A stretch of DNA of 64,000 bases from Octopus sinensis. Lineage: Eukaryota. Each line of letters starts with the position of its first letter. Position 1 is the first letter of the stretch. This document shows positions 27,401 through 40,424 of this stretch, piece by piece. Below the pieces are notes generated by a model. The model had not been told where the DNA came from. It searched no databases and saw only the letters and a program-made list of their open reading frames with translations. The position numbers and the translations under genes are program-made. The stretch covers positions 30,516,464 through 30,580,463 of the forward strand of contig NC_043011.1 in the NCBI RefSeq assembly GCF_006345805.1. The letters are read 5' to 3'.

Positions 27401-28164
27401 TGTGTGTGAGTGTGTGAGTGTGTGTGTGTGAGTGTGTGTGTATATATATGCAGATGTGGCTGTGTGATATATATATACACACACTCACATACACAGACAC
27501 ACATATACGTGTGTACGTAGGCGCAGATGTGGCTGTGTGATAAGTAGCTTGCTTACCAATCACATGGTTCCGGGTTCATTCCCACTGCGTGGCACCTTGC
27601 TAGTTTATGACCTCGTGTTTGTGAAGAAATTTTTCGGGTGTAATTTCAATAACTTTTAGTTATCAGTTTTATATTCAGCTGCGGTGCATATATTTATAAA
27701 TTTTTACTGATATATTCATTTTATGATCGTTTTGTAATTGTTGTATAGATTGATCTACTAAAATATTTGGGTACCCATTGTGTACTAATGTACTTCACGC
27801 AAAGGATTTCATTACATTGCGTAACAAAATTTTTGCCCTTGAGCAGAAAATTTGCTATAACGAAATTTCTGCTTCAGCAATTCAGCACTGAATCTGTCTG
27901 AAATGTAATGAAAATAGGTCAGTTTCAAAACATTGCTGTCCAAGGCACAAAAGTAAAGTTGAAGGGTATTGATGTCATTTCCTTTGCATTGTAGATAGAA
28001 GCAAATAGGAAATAACACTTACTGACCAAAGACAAGAATAAAATATAAATTTTGATACAGTGTTATATATGAGTTTAGTTAATAGATGAAACTTTTAATG
28101 CTTGTCTAAGAAGCGAGTTAACATATTTTGTATTGGGAGGGAGGTTCAATGATAGCGAGATTAT

Positions 28165-28512
28165 CTTTTATCTTTCAGTTGTTTCAGTCATTAGACTACG
28201 GCCATGCTGGGGCACCGCCTTGTAGAATCGTTAGTCGAATGGACCCACCCAGGACTTATTTTTAGTTACAGTGACGAAAACAACACCGACACCGGTTTTC
28301 AAACAATAGTGAAAGACAAACACAGACACAACAAACACACACACACACATACGTTGACCTTCTTTCAGTTTCCGTCGACCAAATCCACTCACAAGGATTT
28401 GGTGGGCCTGTGGATATAGTTTAACGTAGTGTCACACAGTGCCACACAGTGGATCTGAACCCGGAAGCATGTGGTTGGGAAGCAAGCTCCTTCCCACACA
28501 ACCACGCCTATG
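28165..28512 (-). mobile_element. SINE family A with an internal deletion
   Basis: GTTTCAGTCATT..GGCCATGCTGG tail and CCTTCTTTCAGTTTCCGTC..ACCACGCCTA head. Confidence 0.75.
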
Positions 28513-28964
28513 CTTATATAAACATTTGTGTGTGTGTGTGTGGGGGTGTGGGTGTGTGGGTGTGTGTGTGTGTATAAGCATTCGCTAGTATATTTTGGGG
28601 GTGTAAACTGTGTTACTATACGCCTTGTCTCTTATTCATAACTTTATAATAGGAACTGAGAAGTGATATAATTTGAATTGATATCAATACAAATCACATC
28701 ACTTATTAATTCAGATCATATCAAAGCTAATTCTGCATCGTAAATGTACGGAAAATTATTTTTGAAGATTATGGTTAAACTTACTAGTCTGTTCACCAGT
28801 ACCTATCACCCTGAATATATCAACATGTCTAGTATAGACTATGAGTTAATTGTTGTGAGTTACTTTATTTTCCACCAGCTCTCTTTCTTTCATTCTTCCT
28901 TTCTTTCTTTCATTCTTGCCTACTTGCTTTCTTTATTACTCTTTCCCACAAACCCTTTCTCTCT

Positions 28965-29004
<40 letters not shown>

Positions 29005-29102
29005 TTTCTCTGGATATATGTGTATCAATACAAATATATACATACGTATATATATATATACACACACACGCATACATATATATATTATAATATATATATA
29101 TA

Positions 29103-29149
<47 letters not shown>

Positions 29150-29165
29150 TGTAGGTATGTATATG

Positions 29166-29239
<74 letters not shown>

Positions 29240-29954
29240 AACACAACTACACGGACGCGAGCACCACACACACTTCGGCTGTGTTTAATTACTGAAATCC
29301 TTAAATATTCTTTCACCGCCATAACTACGCAAATAATTATCCACGAGAATGTTGTCCAAGACAAATGTTGTAAGTCATTCAACTACTTGAAAGTTTTCGA
29401 TTAATGTTGCTTCATCAGTCCTTCTCCTTAGACTTAACGTTTTTGTTGTTTCTATCGAAATTCCTGTCGTGTTTCTAGACGTGTGTTGTGCAAACACATC
29501 TAAATGTGTTGCATAATAAACCTTGTAGTCAGTTTAATTTCAGATGTGTTAAGTAAACATTGAATTCCAAGCAACCAAGTAGACATTAAAGTAATTTGTT
29601 TCACCTTTCTTCATAAAACGATTTTCAATGAAGACTTCTTTGTTTTATTTGACTTCGCTAAAGATACAAAATATTCGAATAATAATAATAGTAAGATGTG
29701 CGATCCAGCAACTGACGGTTTATGAGTTCAAGCCTGTTATTAGTCACTTGTTCACTAGGACACCTTTTACTACATATTCTTCAGTTACCTTAGCTTTTTC
29801 GCTCTTAATGTGGTTTTGGGATATGTGCTGGCATTTCACGGAAAATTACCCACAACAAATTGATGTCTTAACTCAAAACCTCATCACCCGTCTTCCATTG
29901 ACTACTACTGAAATCAAAATTTATCATCGACCTCGTGGTCTTTCGTAAAGTACA

Positions 29955-30100
29955 GGAGTGGGTGTGTGGTAAGAAGCTTGCGTCCCATCCCGGTTCAGCC
30001 TACTGCGTGGCATCTTTCGCAAGTGTTTTCTACTATCGCCTCGGGCCGACCAAAGCCTTGTGAGTGGATTTGTTAGATGGAAACTGAAAGAAGGCCATCA
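29955..30100 (+). mobile_element. SINE family A head
   Basis: CAGGAGTGGGTGTGTGGTAAGAAGC...GGAAACTGAAAGAAGGCC. Confidence 0.8.
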
Positions 30101-30110
30101 TACGCACACG

Positions 30111-30141
<31 letters not shown>

Positions 30142-30151
30142 TATATATATA

Positions 30152-30528
30152 TTCTTTTACTCTTTTACTCTTTTACTTGTTTCAGTCATTTGACTGCGGC
30201 CATGCTGGAGCACCGCCTTTAGTCGAGCAAATCGACCCCGGGACTTATTCTTTGTAAGCCCAGTACTTATTCTATCGGTCTCTTTTGCCGAACCGCTAAG
30301 TGACGGGGACGTAAACACACCAGCATCGGCTGTCAAGCAATGCTAGGGGGACAAACACACACACACAAACACACACACATATATATATATACATATATAC
30401 GACAGGCTTCTTTCAGTTTCCGTCTACCAAATTCACTCACAAGGCATTGGTCGGCCCGGGGCTATAGCAGAAGACACTAGCCCGAGATGCCACGCAGTGG
30501 GACTTACCACACAGCCACTCCTGCGCCT
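30152..30528 (-). mobile_element. SINE family A, full-length, close to consensus
   Basis: Reverse complement of the 5421 copy architecture. Confidence 0.9.
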
Positions 30529-31803
30529 ACATATGTTTATATATATATATGTTTATAATCAAAATAAGCAACTAGGATATCCAAAGGTAGTGTAGTACAA
30601 TAGTTTCATGCTACTTCATTTAATTAAACAATGTAAGTATTACATTTAACAACCATAATCCTTCAGCCTACTAACTTTAGCTAAAATACATTACATCAGT
30701 TTTAAAATGTAGAGCACTCTTCAGCCACATATGGATTTTTAAAATTAAATTGACAATGTTCATTTTTATACTTATTCCATTTGCTAACATTACAAAGAAG
30801 GTAGGTATATAGACAGAGAGGTGAATTTCAACAGTAAGAACATGGTAGTAGAAGATCTTTCTTCATGGGCAGATTTTTTATCACTGAGTTCACTTTGTTA
30901 TTTAGATTTACCAATGGGGAGGGGTTTTATTAAGTTCAGTGGATACAATCAAGAATTTTTCTATTTATAGATAGAGGAAGTGGTAGTTCAAATGGCAGAG
31001 CCATAAACCCAACCCTTTTATGAGCAATTTAACTTTGGTACATTTGAATGTATTTTAGCTAAAGTTGAAGGATTACGGCTGTTAAATGGTTAAGGGCATT
31101 AAAAGTCTCTATTCTCCCTACCCCACTAGTATGTATGTATTTGTGTCTGTGTTTGCCCACTACAACCACCACCAACCTACCTCCCCGTAACCTAGAGGTT
31201 CGGCAACATAGACCGATAGAAGAAGTACTAGCTTACAAATAATGAGTCTTGGGAGTCTAATGAATGAAACAAGTGAAAGTAAAAGAAATGAAAGAAATGA
31301 AAGAAATACCCGAGTGATGGTTCATCTTATCGGTTGACACAACCAAACCATGAAGAATAGATAAAAGAGAGGGGGAAGAAATAAATGGAAGACAGAAAGG
31401 AGTAAGGTGATACCATTTTATTCTACAAGAAGGCAAGTAAATATCATATGAGTTTGTTTATCGGCCTTCCGATTATGCTAATCCTAATGCGATTAATGAT
31501 AAAATTTTAAAAAGCCACGATTCTGTAAATGATTTGTGAGGGTAGAACCCATTATACCACATCTAGTTTTTCTGTTAGATCACCCCCACCTCAGTACTTA
31601 ACTGATATATATTCTGTCAATCCCATTGAGTTGAAAGATAAAAGCCTTCTCAGTAAAATTTGAAATGGGGACACATACAGATTTAATTAAATAACATCTG
31701 GCAAATTGTTAGGCTGTCTGGCATATATGACATTCCACAGCATCTTTTGTATTATATATCAAAATGACAGATATTGTTCATGTACTTTTTTTAATATATT
31801 CAG

Positions 31804-31846
31804 TTGATAAGAAGTGCACACGGCTCTCGTTTGATAGACTCGACTG
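31804..31846 (+). CDS. Candidate 43-nt exon (unverified)
   Basis: Acceptor TACTTTTTTTAATATATTCAG, donor CTG|GTAAGT; two frames open (LIRSAHGSRLIDST or DKKCTRLSFDRLD). Confidence 0.2.
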
Positions 31847-32039
31847 GTAAGTGGTACCCAAAATCTCTAAATAGTTCAATGAAATGCTAAGTTGTGACCC
31901 TGACTTTTCTATGACATATGCAGCTAACGGGCCTGTACCCTTGACATTCATTGATAAATAGTGCACTTGATCTTAGTATAAAGTATTGAAATGATGATTA
32001 GCGCCGTCCATTTTTTTTTTTTTTACCTATCGACTCTTT

Positions 32040-32559
32040 TGATGACTATTTGATTCTGGTGGAACCCCCACCCCAAAGTCATTCGATGTTTAGAATCTAG
32101 TTTTATAGATAATTCTTTCAAAATTCCCTATTTTGTTTCTTCGCACGTTCCCTTGTGTACTTCAAACTATGAATAAAGTTAGAAAAAGAAACCTAGATGA
32201 TTCTTGCAATAAATGCATCTAAAGCAGAATTCTTTTCGTGGACCCCTACAATACTACTGTGCTTCTCCAATTCCCTATTTTGCTTGTGTGGACCCCTAAA
32301 AATATCATATGCCCCTCCACACCAGGAGCCGTACTCTCTTTTACTTGTTTCAGTCATTTGACTGCGGCCATGCTGGTGCACCGCCTTTAGTCGAACAAAT
32401 CGACCCCTGGACTTATTCTTTATAAGCCTAGTACTTATTCTATCGGTCTCTTTTGCCGAACCGCCAAGTTACAGGGACGTAAACAAACCAGCATCGGTTG
32501 TCAAGCGATGTTGGAGGGACACAGACACACAAACATACACACACACACACACACACACA

Positions 32560-32608
<49 letters not shown>

Positions 32609-32805
32609 ATGCGACGGGCTTCTTTCATTTTCCGTCTACCAAATCCACTCACAAGGCTTTGATCGGTCCGAGGCTATAGTAGAAGACACTTGCCCAAGGT
32701 GCCAAGCAGTGGGACTGAACCCAGAATCATGTGTTTGGTAAGCAAGCTTCTTACCACACAGCCACTCCTGCGCCTATGGACCCCGGATTGAGAACCACAA
32801 GGTTA
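32040..32805. mobile_element. Possible hAT (Charlie/MER5-like) MITE remnant split by SINE A
   Basis: Repeated GTGGACCCC motifs and a terminal GGACCCCGGATTGAGAACCAC. Confidence 0.3.
32331..32777 (-). mobile_element. SINE family A, full-length
   Basis: Matches the 30152 copy. Confidence 0.9.
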
Positions 32806-33623
32806 GACAAACGCTCCAGTGACGTGATACGAAATGTCGACCTATCGAATGGTAATCCGATACGATATCGATTTTAAACGGCCAGCACACTTCTTTATTC
32901 ATCATAAACTAGTGGAAACTGCTTGACTAAAGTGAAGCAAACAATTAATCAAAATTCCAAGCAGTGTAGAGTGACTTCGACATATTTTATAGCTGCCACT
33001 CTTCAGTCACAACCATAACAATACAGTTTAGCTTGTGGCGATCTAACTCTTTTCAACTCATTTGTTTGTTTTAACTCAACGCTGGTTTATTTCAGTTTCA
33101 CATTGGCTCCGCTATGAATACGTAAGACAGACTTTTTTATTTTTATTTTATTTCGACTTTAATTTGAAATGTTTAGCTAGCAATCGATCAGCTGTCAGCT
33201 TTTCATTACTTGCCCTTCCTTCTTGTTTTTCTTTCCTATTTTTTCCTTATTATTATGGTCTAGCCGTCCTTTGTAGAACCTACTGGAAAATATTTCTACT
33301 GTTCGTCAACCACTGTTCATTTTAATTGCTCCATTATCCGTGTGGATACATTGTTTATGGAAACTTGTTATCCTATACATTCATAATATAATTATATTCG
33401 GTTTCGTGATTTGTAGTTTATTCCAGCCGCCATTGACTGACTGTGTAATCATATAGAGACACTTAAAGGGCAAAGGAAATACTTTAACGAAATTTGTAAT
33501 GAAATAATGCGAGGGGAAGAGAGCTGGCCGGGTGGGAGACTAGTGGTGTATATTTTCTGTGCTTGTGAAACCTAATTAAGACCGCCTTACTTTATTACTG
33601 GTTTCTTTCTTTCTCGGTTTCTA

Positions 33624-33638
33624 ACTGCTAAGCGTGTG

Positions 33639-33679
<41 letters not shown>

Positions 33680-33872
33680 GTGCGTGTGCGTGTGTGTGTG
33701 TGTGCGTGTGTGTGCGTGTGTGTGTGCGTGTGTGTGCGTGTGTGCGTGTGTGTGTGCGTGTGCGTGTGTGTGTGTGCGTGTGTGTCTGTGTGTGTGTGTG
33801 CGTGTGTGTGTGTGTGCGTGTGTGTGCGTGTGTGCGTGTGTGTGTGTGTGTGTGTGCGTGCGTGTGTGTGTG
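33624..33872. repeat. (TG)n/(CG) alternating purine-pyrimidine tract
   Basis: Direct inspection. Confidence 0.97.
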
Positions 33873-34137
33873 CATTTAAAAATCCAAGGAGTTGGCGCTT
33901 ATGTCATGTTTATATAGCGTTAAGCTGATCAAATAAAATTTCTTTGGGACAGGGCGCTAGCCCATAGACGATACCGACCTTCCTCCGAGCAACTATTCTC
34001 TAATTTTCTAGCTGAATAAAACTGAAATATGTGAGCAGAATTAATTGTATGCTATTGTGAAAGCCTATACGACTTAGATTTTATTCATTTATACATACAT
34101 ACCTGCATGCATGCATGGATATGTTAAAGTATGTGTG

Positions 34138-34351
34138 TACTCTTTTACTCTTTTACTTGTTTCAGTCATTTGACTGCGGCCATGCTGGAGCACCGCCTTT
34201 AGTTGAGCATATCGACCCCAGGACTTATTCTTTGTAAGCTTAGTACTTATTTATCGGTCTCTTTTGCCGAACCGCTAAGTTACGGGGACGTAAACACACC
34301 AGCATCGGTTGTCAGGCGATGTTGGGGGCGGACAAACAAAGACACGCAAGC

Positions 34352-34384
<33 letters not shown>

Positions 34385-34558
34385 CATATATATACAACGG
34401 GCTTCTTTCAGTTTCCATCTACCAAATTCACTCACAAGGCCTTGGTTGGCCCGAGGCTATAGTAGAAGACACTTGCCTAAGGTGCCACGCAGTGGGACTG
34501 AAGCCAGAACCATGTGGTTCATAAGCAAGCTACTTACCACACAGCCATTCCTACGCCT
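34138..34558 (-). mobile_element. SINE family A, full-length
   Basis: Matches the 30152 copy. Confidence 0.9.
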
Positions 34559-34800
34559 AATGTATGTCATTATTCAGTTTATTTTAAGATTTCTTGCCAA
34601 TATAGAAAGAACCGGTTTCTAACCTTGATCCAAGGCTCCTTCATTGGAATTTCGTCATCAACAACAGGGTATTTTTGTATGTATGTATGCGCAGATTTTT
34701 ATATTTTATGTATATATTGTATGTATGTATAATGTATACACACATATATATATATCGTGATATATGCTTATATACGTACATATATATATATGTATGTGTA

Positions 34801-35672
34801 CAAGGTCTGATCATTAAGTATCCGGATTGTTGCTATAGTAATGAAGCTAAAGTAAGCATAGTAAAGGCACTTGGCACAGATTTATCTTGAACTCAGTTGT
34901 GCATGTGCACTACGTTTAATGTTCTAGCAGTGCTTTGGAGGAAGGCGTGTAGCATGTGATCGTCGCATTGTCCATGACAGAGAAAGTTGTCATGGGGATA
35001 CCTGCTCAGAAGCCTACGCAAAGTTGCAGAAAGTGTATGGAGTGGAGTGTATGAGCCGCACACAAGTGTACGAGTGTTTCAGACGTTTCCAAGATGGCCG
35101 AAAAAATGTCGATAGTGACGAACGTTCTGAGAGACACGCAACTAGCAGAACTGAGAAAAACATCGCAGATGTGCATGCAGCTATAAGGGGAAATCGTCGA
35201 ATCACCATCCGTGAGTTATCAGAGGATGTGCAGATTAGTTACGGTTCAATTCAGTCTATTATCACTGAAGATTTGGGTATGAAACGAGTGTCTGCCAAGT
35301 CTCTACGAAAACTGCTTTCAGCTGACCAAAAAGACACTCGGGTTTCAGTTGCACAAGATTTCTTTGATTGTGCCGAGAACGATGAAAACTTTTGAAACTT
35401 TGCATAAGCCTCTGAGCAGGTATCACCAAGCTTTTGGCAAAATTTGATGGAGATTCTCTGCTCAACGTCCTCTGTCATGGACTATACGACGATCACACGC
35501 TACACACATTCCTTCCAAGAACTGCTGTAAACAGCGGAAGTGAGCTAGAATGTTGAAACTTAGTGCACATACAGAGCAGAGTTCAAGGTCAATGTATGCT
35601 AAGTGGATTTATTCTGCGTGCTTTAGCTTCGTTACTATGGCAACATAGTATGATCTTATTGATCAGAGCACG
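34801..35672. mobile_element. Mariner-type composite made of two inverted 5' ends
   Basis: TA|CAAGGTCTGATCA ... TGATCAGAGCACG|TA. The plus arm encodes an N-terminal HTH (QKVYG..CMSRTQVYE.FRRF.DGR...RRITIRELSEDV); the minus arm encodes MTEDVEQRISIKFCQKLGDTCSEAYAK. Confidence 0.9.
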
Positions 35673-36169
35673 TATGTATATACTTATATGACGTAGATAT
35701 GTATGTTCAAGTGCATGTGTAGGTGCGTGTGTGTAGGTATGTGCGTGTGTGTTAATATGGAAATAAATATAACTTCAATGTAGTCTTTCTAATATAGCTT
35801 TGGGTTTTATTTAAACACCTATTCTTTGTACTACATATAGATTCTTGTATGTCGGTATATATGTGTGTTTCTACACTTGTATGTACTGTACGTGTTCTTT
35901 TACCGGAAGCTAATAAATGCTATATATTACTCAGACGATAAATGAAAGAAAAAATAAGGGTATTAGATAATGAAGTTATGGATTCCGGGACTATCGCTAT
36001 TGGAATCCTTAACCAGTGCACTTAGCTTTCATCAAAGAGGCGCTCTAGGCCCAAATAGGTACTGTGAGATGTATTATAGTTCATCATTCATTTGGATTGC
36101 TGGAAATATGAGGGATTTTGATTTGCAATACTTACATATATTCCTCTTCTATGCTATCCATGATTTTCT

Positions 36170-36677
36170 TTTTCATCTGCTTAATGCTACAGATATAATC
36201 CATACAAAGAGAATAAGACAATTTCGAGGAAAGAGAGTAAACAGCAAAGACGGGGAGTATCAAATTACAAGAGGGATTAGACCTAAGAGCAGTGCAATAA
36301 GTGAAGCAAAGATGGTTAGAGTTCACCAAGAAATTGAATGGAAGTGACTCAATGGCCGCCGTGGTTGACACAGATTTAAGATATCAGAAACTCTCAGAAG
36401 TTAGATAGAAAATAGGATATGAGAAACTATGTGAACTACTAAGAAGAAAGAAGGAGCCCTGAAAAAGATTAGAAAAAAAAACAGGAAAGCACCAGGTTTA
36501 GATGCAGTGGCGGTTCAATTGATAAGGGGTGCAGGAAAGAGTTTCATACGAATACTCCGCAACCTCTGCTGCAAGATCTGGAAAGAGAAGAAGAGTGAAC
36601 ATCAGATATGTACCCATGTATTCTGCACAGCAGAATATGTACCCATGCACAAAGGGGGAAACCTGCTTATGTGTGAG

Positions 36678-36681
<4 letters not shown>
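36170..36681 (+). mobile_element. RTE-clade LINE internal fragment (start of RT)
   Basis: RKAPGLDAVAVQLIRGAG..IRILRNLCCKIW...YVPMHKGGNLLMCENY, the RTE RT domain 0/1 pattern. Confidence 0.8.
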
Positions 36682-36748
<67 letters not shown>

Positions 36749-36761
36749 AAAAGAGAGAGAG

Positions 36762-37030
36762 GGGCGCAATGGCCTAGTGGTTAGGGCAGCGGACTTTGTG
36801 GTCGGAGGATCGCGGTTTCGATTCCCAGACCGAGCGTTGTGTGTGTTTATGAGTGAAAACACCGAAAGCTCCACGAAGCTCCGGTAGGGAGTGGTGGCTA
36901 CCCCTGTTGTACTCTTTCGCCCCAAATTTCTCTCACTCTTTCTTCCTGTTTCTTGAGTAACGCTGCGATGGACTGGCATTCCGTCCAGCTGGGGGTAACA
37001 CATACGCCACAGAAAGCCTGGCTAGGATTG
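36762..37030 (+). mobile_element. SINE family C (tRNA head; V-domain-like CTGCGATGGACTGGC..CCGTCCAG)
   Basis: GGCGCAATGGCCTAGTGGTTAGGGCAGCGGAC...GTTTCGATTCCC A/B boxes. Confidence 0.8.
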
Positions 37031-37189
37031 AAAAGGGTGCATAAATATTATATATATATAATATTATATATATATACACATATAGATGTAGGTATGTACA
37101 TATATGTATGTAGTATGCATATGATTTATTGTTGTAATTGTTATTATATATATATATATGTATATACATATATACATGTGTGTGTGTAA

Positions 37190-37244
<55 letters not shown>

Positions 37245-37280
37245 CACGTGAATATATTTATGTGTTTATATATATATATA

Positions 37281-38463
37281 CACACAGACATGAGTGAAGC
37301 AAATAGACAGCATTATAATCATTTAAATTTATTTAAATCTGAAATTATACATTCAAATTATTTATTAATTGTTATAATGTGAATATTTAATATCCTTTAC
37401 AATTTTCAATACAAGGACCCTATTAGGCATGTTACTGATCAGATGAGGAATATTCCGTTGCTGAATTTCTTGCCAAGTTTCATGCAGAAATCTCAAAAGA
37501 TCTGGCTTTGAAGATGCTTTATTGTTTATATCTGGTGACTTGCTTGGCCATGGATGTTATTTAATGCGATTATTTTCCAACATATTTTGAGTCATTTTAG
37601 CCGTGTGAAAAAGATCCCCTTCTTCCATAAATAGTCTTCTTTAATCCTTTCAACACTGGAGAAGATTTGAAGGAAACCTTTCTGCAATATGGACACATAT
37701 TTATCTGAGTTTATGTTTCCCTCACACGCCACCAGCTCCGATCAACCATCGCTCCAAATCCCTCCCTAGACCATCACGGAATAGCTGCCGTGTTTCATTG
37801 TTGGCTGTAATCTTTTCACGTCAAATTCTTAATTACAGATTCTCCCGACCCACACTCGACCACGGTCAGGGAATACAGCAAATCTGGCTTCTTCAGAGAA
37901 TATGACAGTGTCCCAAAATGCTAGTGGCCTCTCCCTCAACTCACTGGTCCAATCTTTTCTTCGCTTGATGTTGGCTGGTCGAAGAAGTCACTTCCATCTT
38001 GCTGCTCTGCCACAGTAACCAAGTTTGTGGAGATACCTGACAGCTATTCTGGGACTGACATCAACTTGTTCTGCCATGTCAGAGGCCTTGCAATGAAGAT
38101 TATTTCCACACTTCTCTTATCAAAGAGAAGGGTCCTGTCAGAGGGACCTGGTTGATCTGGGCGAGGTGGAGTGGACTTCTTTCCTTCTCTGCTGAATTGC
38201 GCAATCACTCTGTTAACTGTAGAAAGGGGGATCCCAAGGTTTTCTGTGATTTTACGCTATGTCCACCTTCAGAATGACCCACAGTAAGCCTCTTTGAAAT
38301 TCAAAGAGTTCCAAGGTTTCTTTTGTACATAACATGATTAAACAGTCACATATAGAACCTGAAACATAAAAATCTCAGTTAATAAAATTATAAACATTTA
38401 CAAGTTAGAATAAGCATAAAACGATGTTTTATGGGGTGTCTATTTACTTTTGTCATGTCTATG
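37281..38463 (-). mobile_element. Decayed full-length Tc1-like transposon
   Basis: TIRs CA(C)AGACATGAGTGAAGCAAATAGACA / TGTCTATTTACTTTTGTCATGTCTATG in TA context. Minus fragments [21 protein letters not shown] and WPSKSPDIN (the Tc1 WP..SPDLNPIE motif); many frameshifts. Confidence 0.85.
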
Positions 38464-38471
38464 TATATATT

Positions 38472-38514
<43 letters not shown>

Positions 38515-38523
38515 ATATGTATA

Positions 38524-38561
<38 letters not shown>

Positions 38562-39028
38562 TATATATTATATATATATATATAATATATAATATATATA
38601 TACATATATAATTAATCAATATATTGATTAATTATGAATTTTCTGGTTATTCCGTAATGGAATCGGCAGCTTATATTTGCTGCCGATAAATTTGGCGCGA
38701 GTGCGATGATTTGAAAATTTTAGGTCAGATATTGCCGAGACAGGGATAAAAGTGCCTCGTGTAAATATCTGCTCCGATCTGGCTGTTCTTACTGACGAAT
38801 CTATCGGCCTATGGAAGACTAGCTTGATTTAATTTAATCAGGTTGGTTTACCATTAAACAATAGATGAAACGGTGCATCGTATAAGGAACTACAGGGTAA
38901 ATGTTTTTTTAATTTTCTCCTGGTTTGCGGAATTAATGTGTTTTGCGGTTGAAGCTTTGGCTGTTATTTCTAGTGGGTGAATGGCCTATTATGGCCGTTC
39001 CTTGATTGTGATGGTGATATATACATAT

Positions 39029-39116
<88 letters not shown>

Positions 39117-39734
39117 TACATATATACATATATACAGTGAGAGAGAGAGAAATAGTGAGGGGTGTTATCAATCTGGGAAAAATAGTCCATAAGCTCTCTG
39201 TTGGCACACTAGGCTAACAATATTACTTAGATTAATAAAGAACTCCGAGTAATCTTTTGGTAGGGTCCCAAATTATGGTTCATTACAATTCTATATTGTA
39301 AATCCGTGGATGAGCTTCAGATAAACTGATTTTTACAGAATGATATTTAAGAAACAATAGAACGGTCATTACATATAATTCTATTGTTAGAGCAAATTTG
39401 GCTTACAGTTGTTTCCAGTAGTCATTATAGATAGGTTTACTCAATTGATCTATTAATCAATTGAGATGAATTGAAAGACCAATGGAAATGAAACGCTCGT
39501 CAGAGCCATTGGCTCTATAATGACTACTAAAAACAGCTGTAATAAAGATATTATATTAAATGATTATTATTTTAACTTGTCTATTATATATATATCATCC
39601 GGTGAATTATTTTTAAAAAATCGAATGGTGATAATATCATTGTTTTAATGATAAACTTGCAATAATTACCTCTGTTGTGGCCTTGGATAAGGCTTTGACC
39701 AAAAGCATCTTAAGTGTGATTAACCCAAATTATT

Positions 39735-39880
39735 AAGTGCAGACGCTGAGCTAGCACAATCGTCAGCACGCCGGACAAAATGCTTTGCAACATTTCGTCC
39801 GTCTTTCACTGGGATCGATGTAATCAACCTACACGGCCCCACGAAATTGCCGGCCTTGTGCCAAAATTTAAAGCCATTAT
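39735..39880 (+). mobile_element. SINE family B, internally deleted, tail type 2
   Basis: GAGCTAGCACAATCGTCAGCACGCCGGACAAAATGC...GCCTTGTGCCAAAATTT. Confidence 0.65.
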
Positions 39881-40424
39881 TAAAATGCAGTGTAGCTTTC
39901 TTTACAAATAGCGTTTCAGTATCTAGATATCTGAAATCAGTTGCTGATACGATTATATTTTTCGGACTATTAAACACATTAGTATATGTTAAAAGAATAT
40001 ACCAGAATGTTATTCAAGGGAGGGAGAGTTGACTGCTCTTTCAAGCGAGTGGAATTGAGTTATCGCCGCGGTCTCCTCCATTTCCTCGTGGTTCTTGTCA
40101 TTGTTGTAAGAAACTATTTATTCAGTTTTATAGTTTCAGGCAACTAGTAAAAAAAAAACAACAAAACAACAAAACAAAAACCTCTATAACTGTATTATAG
40201 AAGAGAGAATATTATTGATAAATCAATATCCGTATATGTTTCATTCTTTTGGTTATGAAAATATTTTCTATATTTAGGGAATATGTAAAGGGGGTATATT
40301 CATTGCTTGCTTTCCTCATACCATTCAGAGTGACTAAGTGTTGTGAAATAACTTCTGTTAAGGATTGACATTTCACCACGGTCTCGTTGATTACCAATAA
40401 ATCGATAGAGGAGGAAAGAATTGT

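Noticed and set aside
29381-29430. Canonical CTGATGA...GAAA on the minus strand
   Set aside because: Stems I and II do not pair, and a few such hits are expected by chance.
36762-36830. tRNA gene
   Set aside because: A/B boxes are present but continue into a SINE body and the cloverleaf is incomplete; the same applies to all SINE heads.
38662-38687. 9-bp stem / 8-nt loop resembling a terminator
   Set aside because: Short hairpins are expected by chance, and intrinsic terminators are not relevant in this animal DNA.
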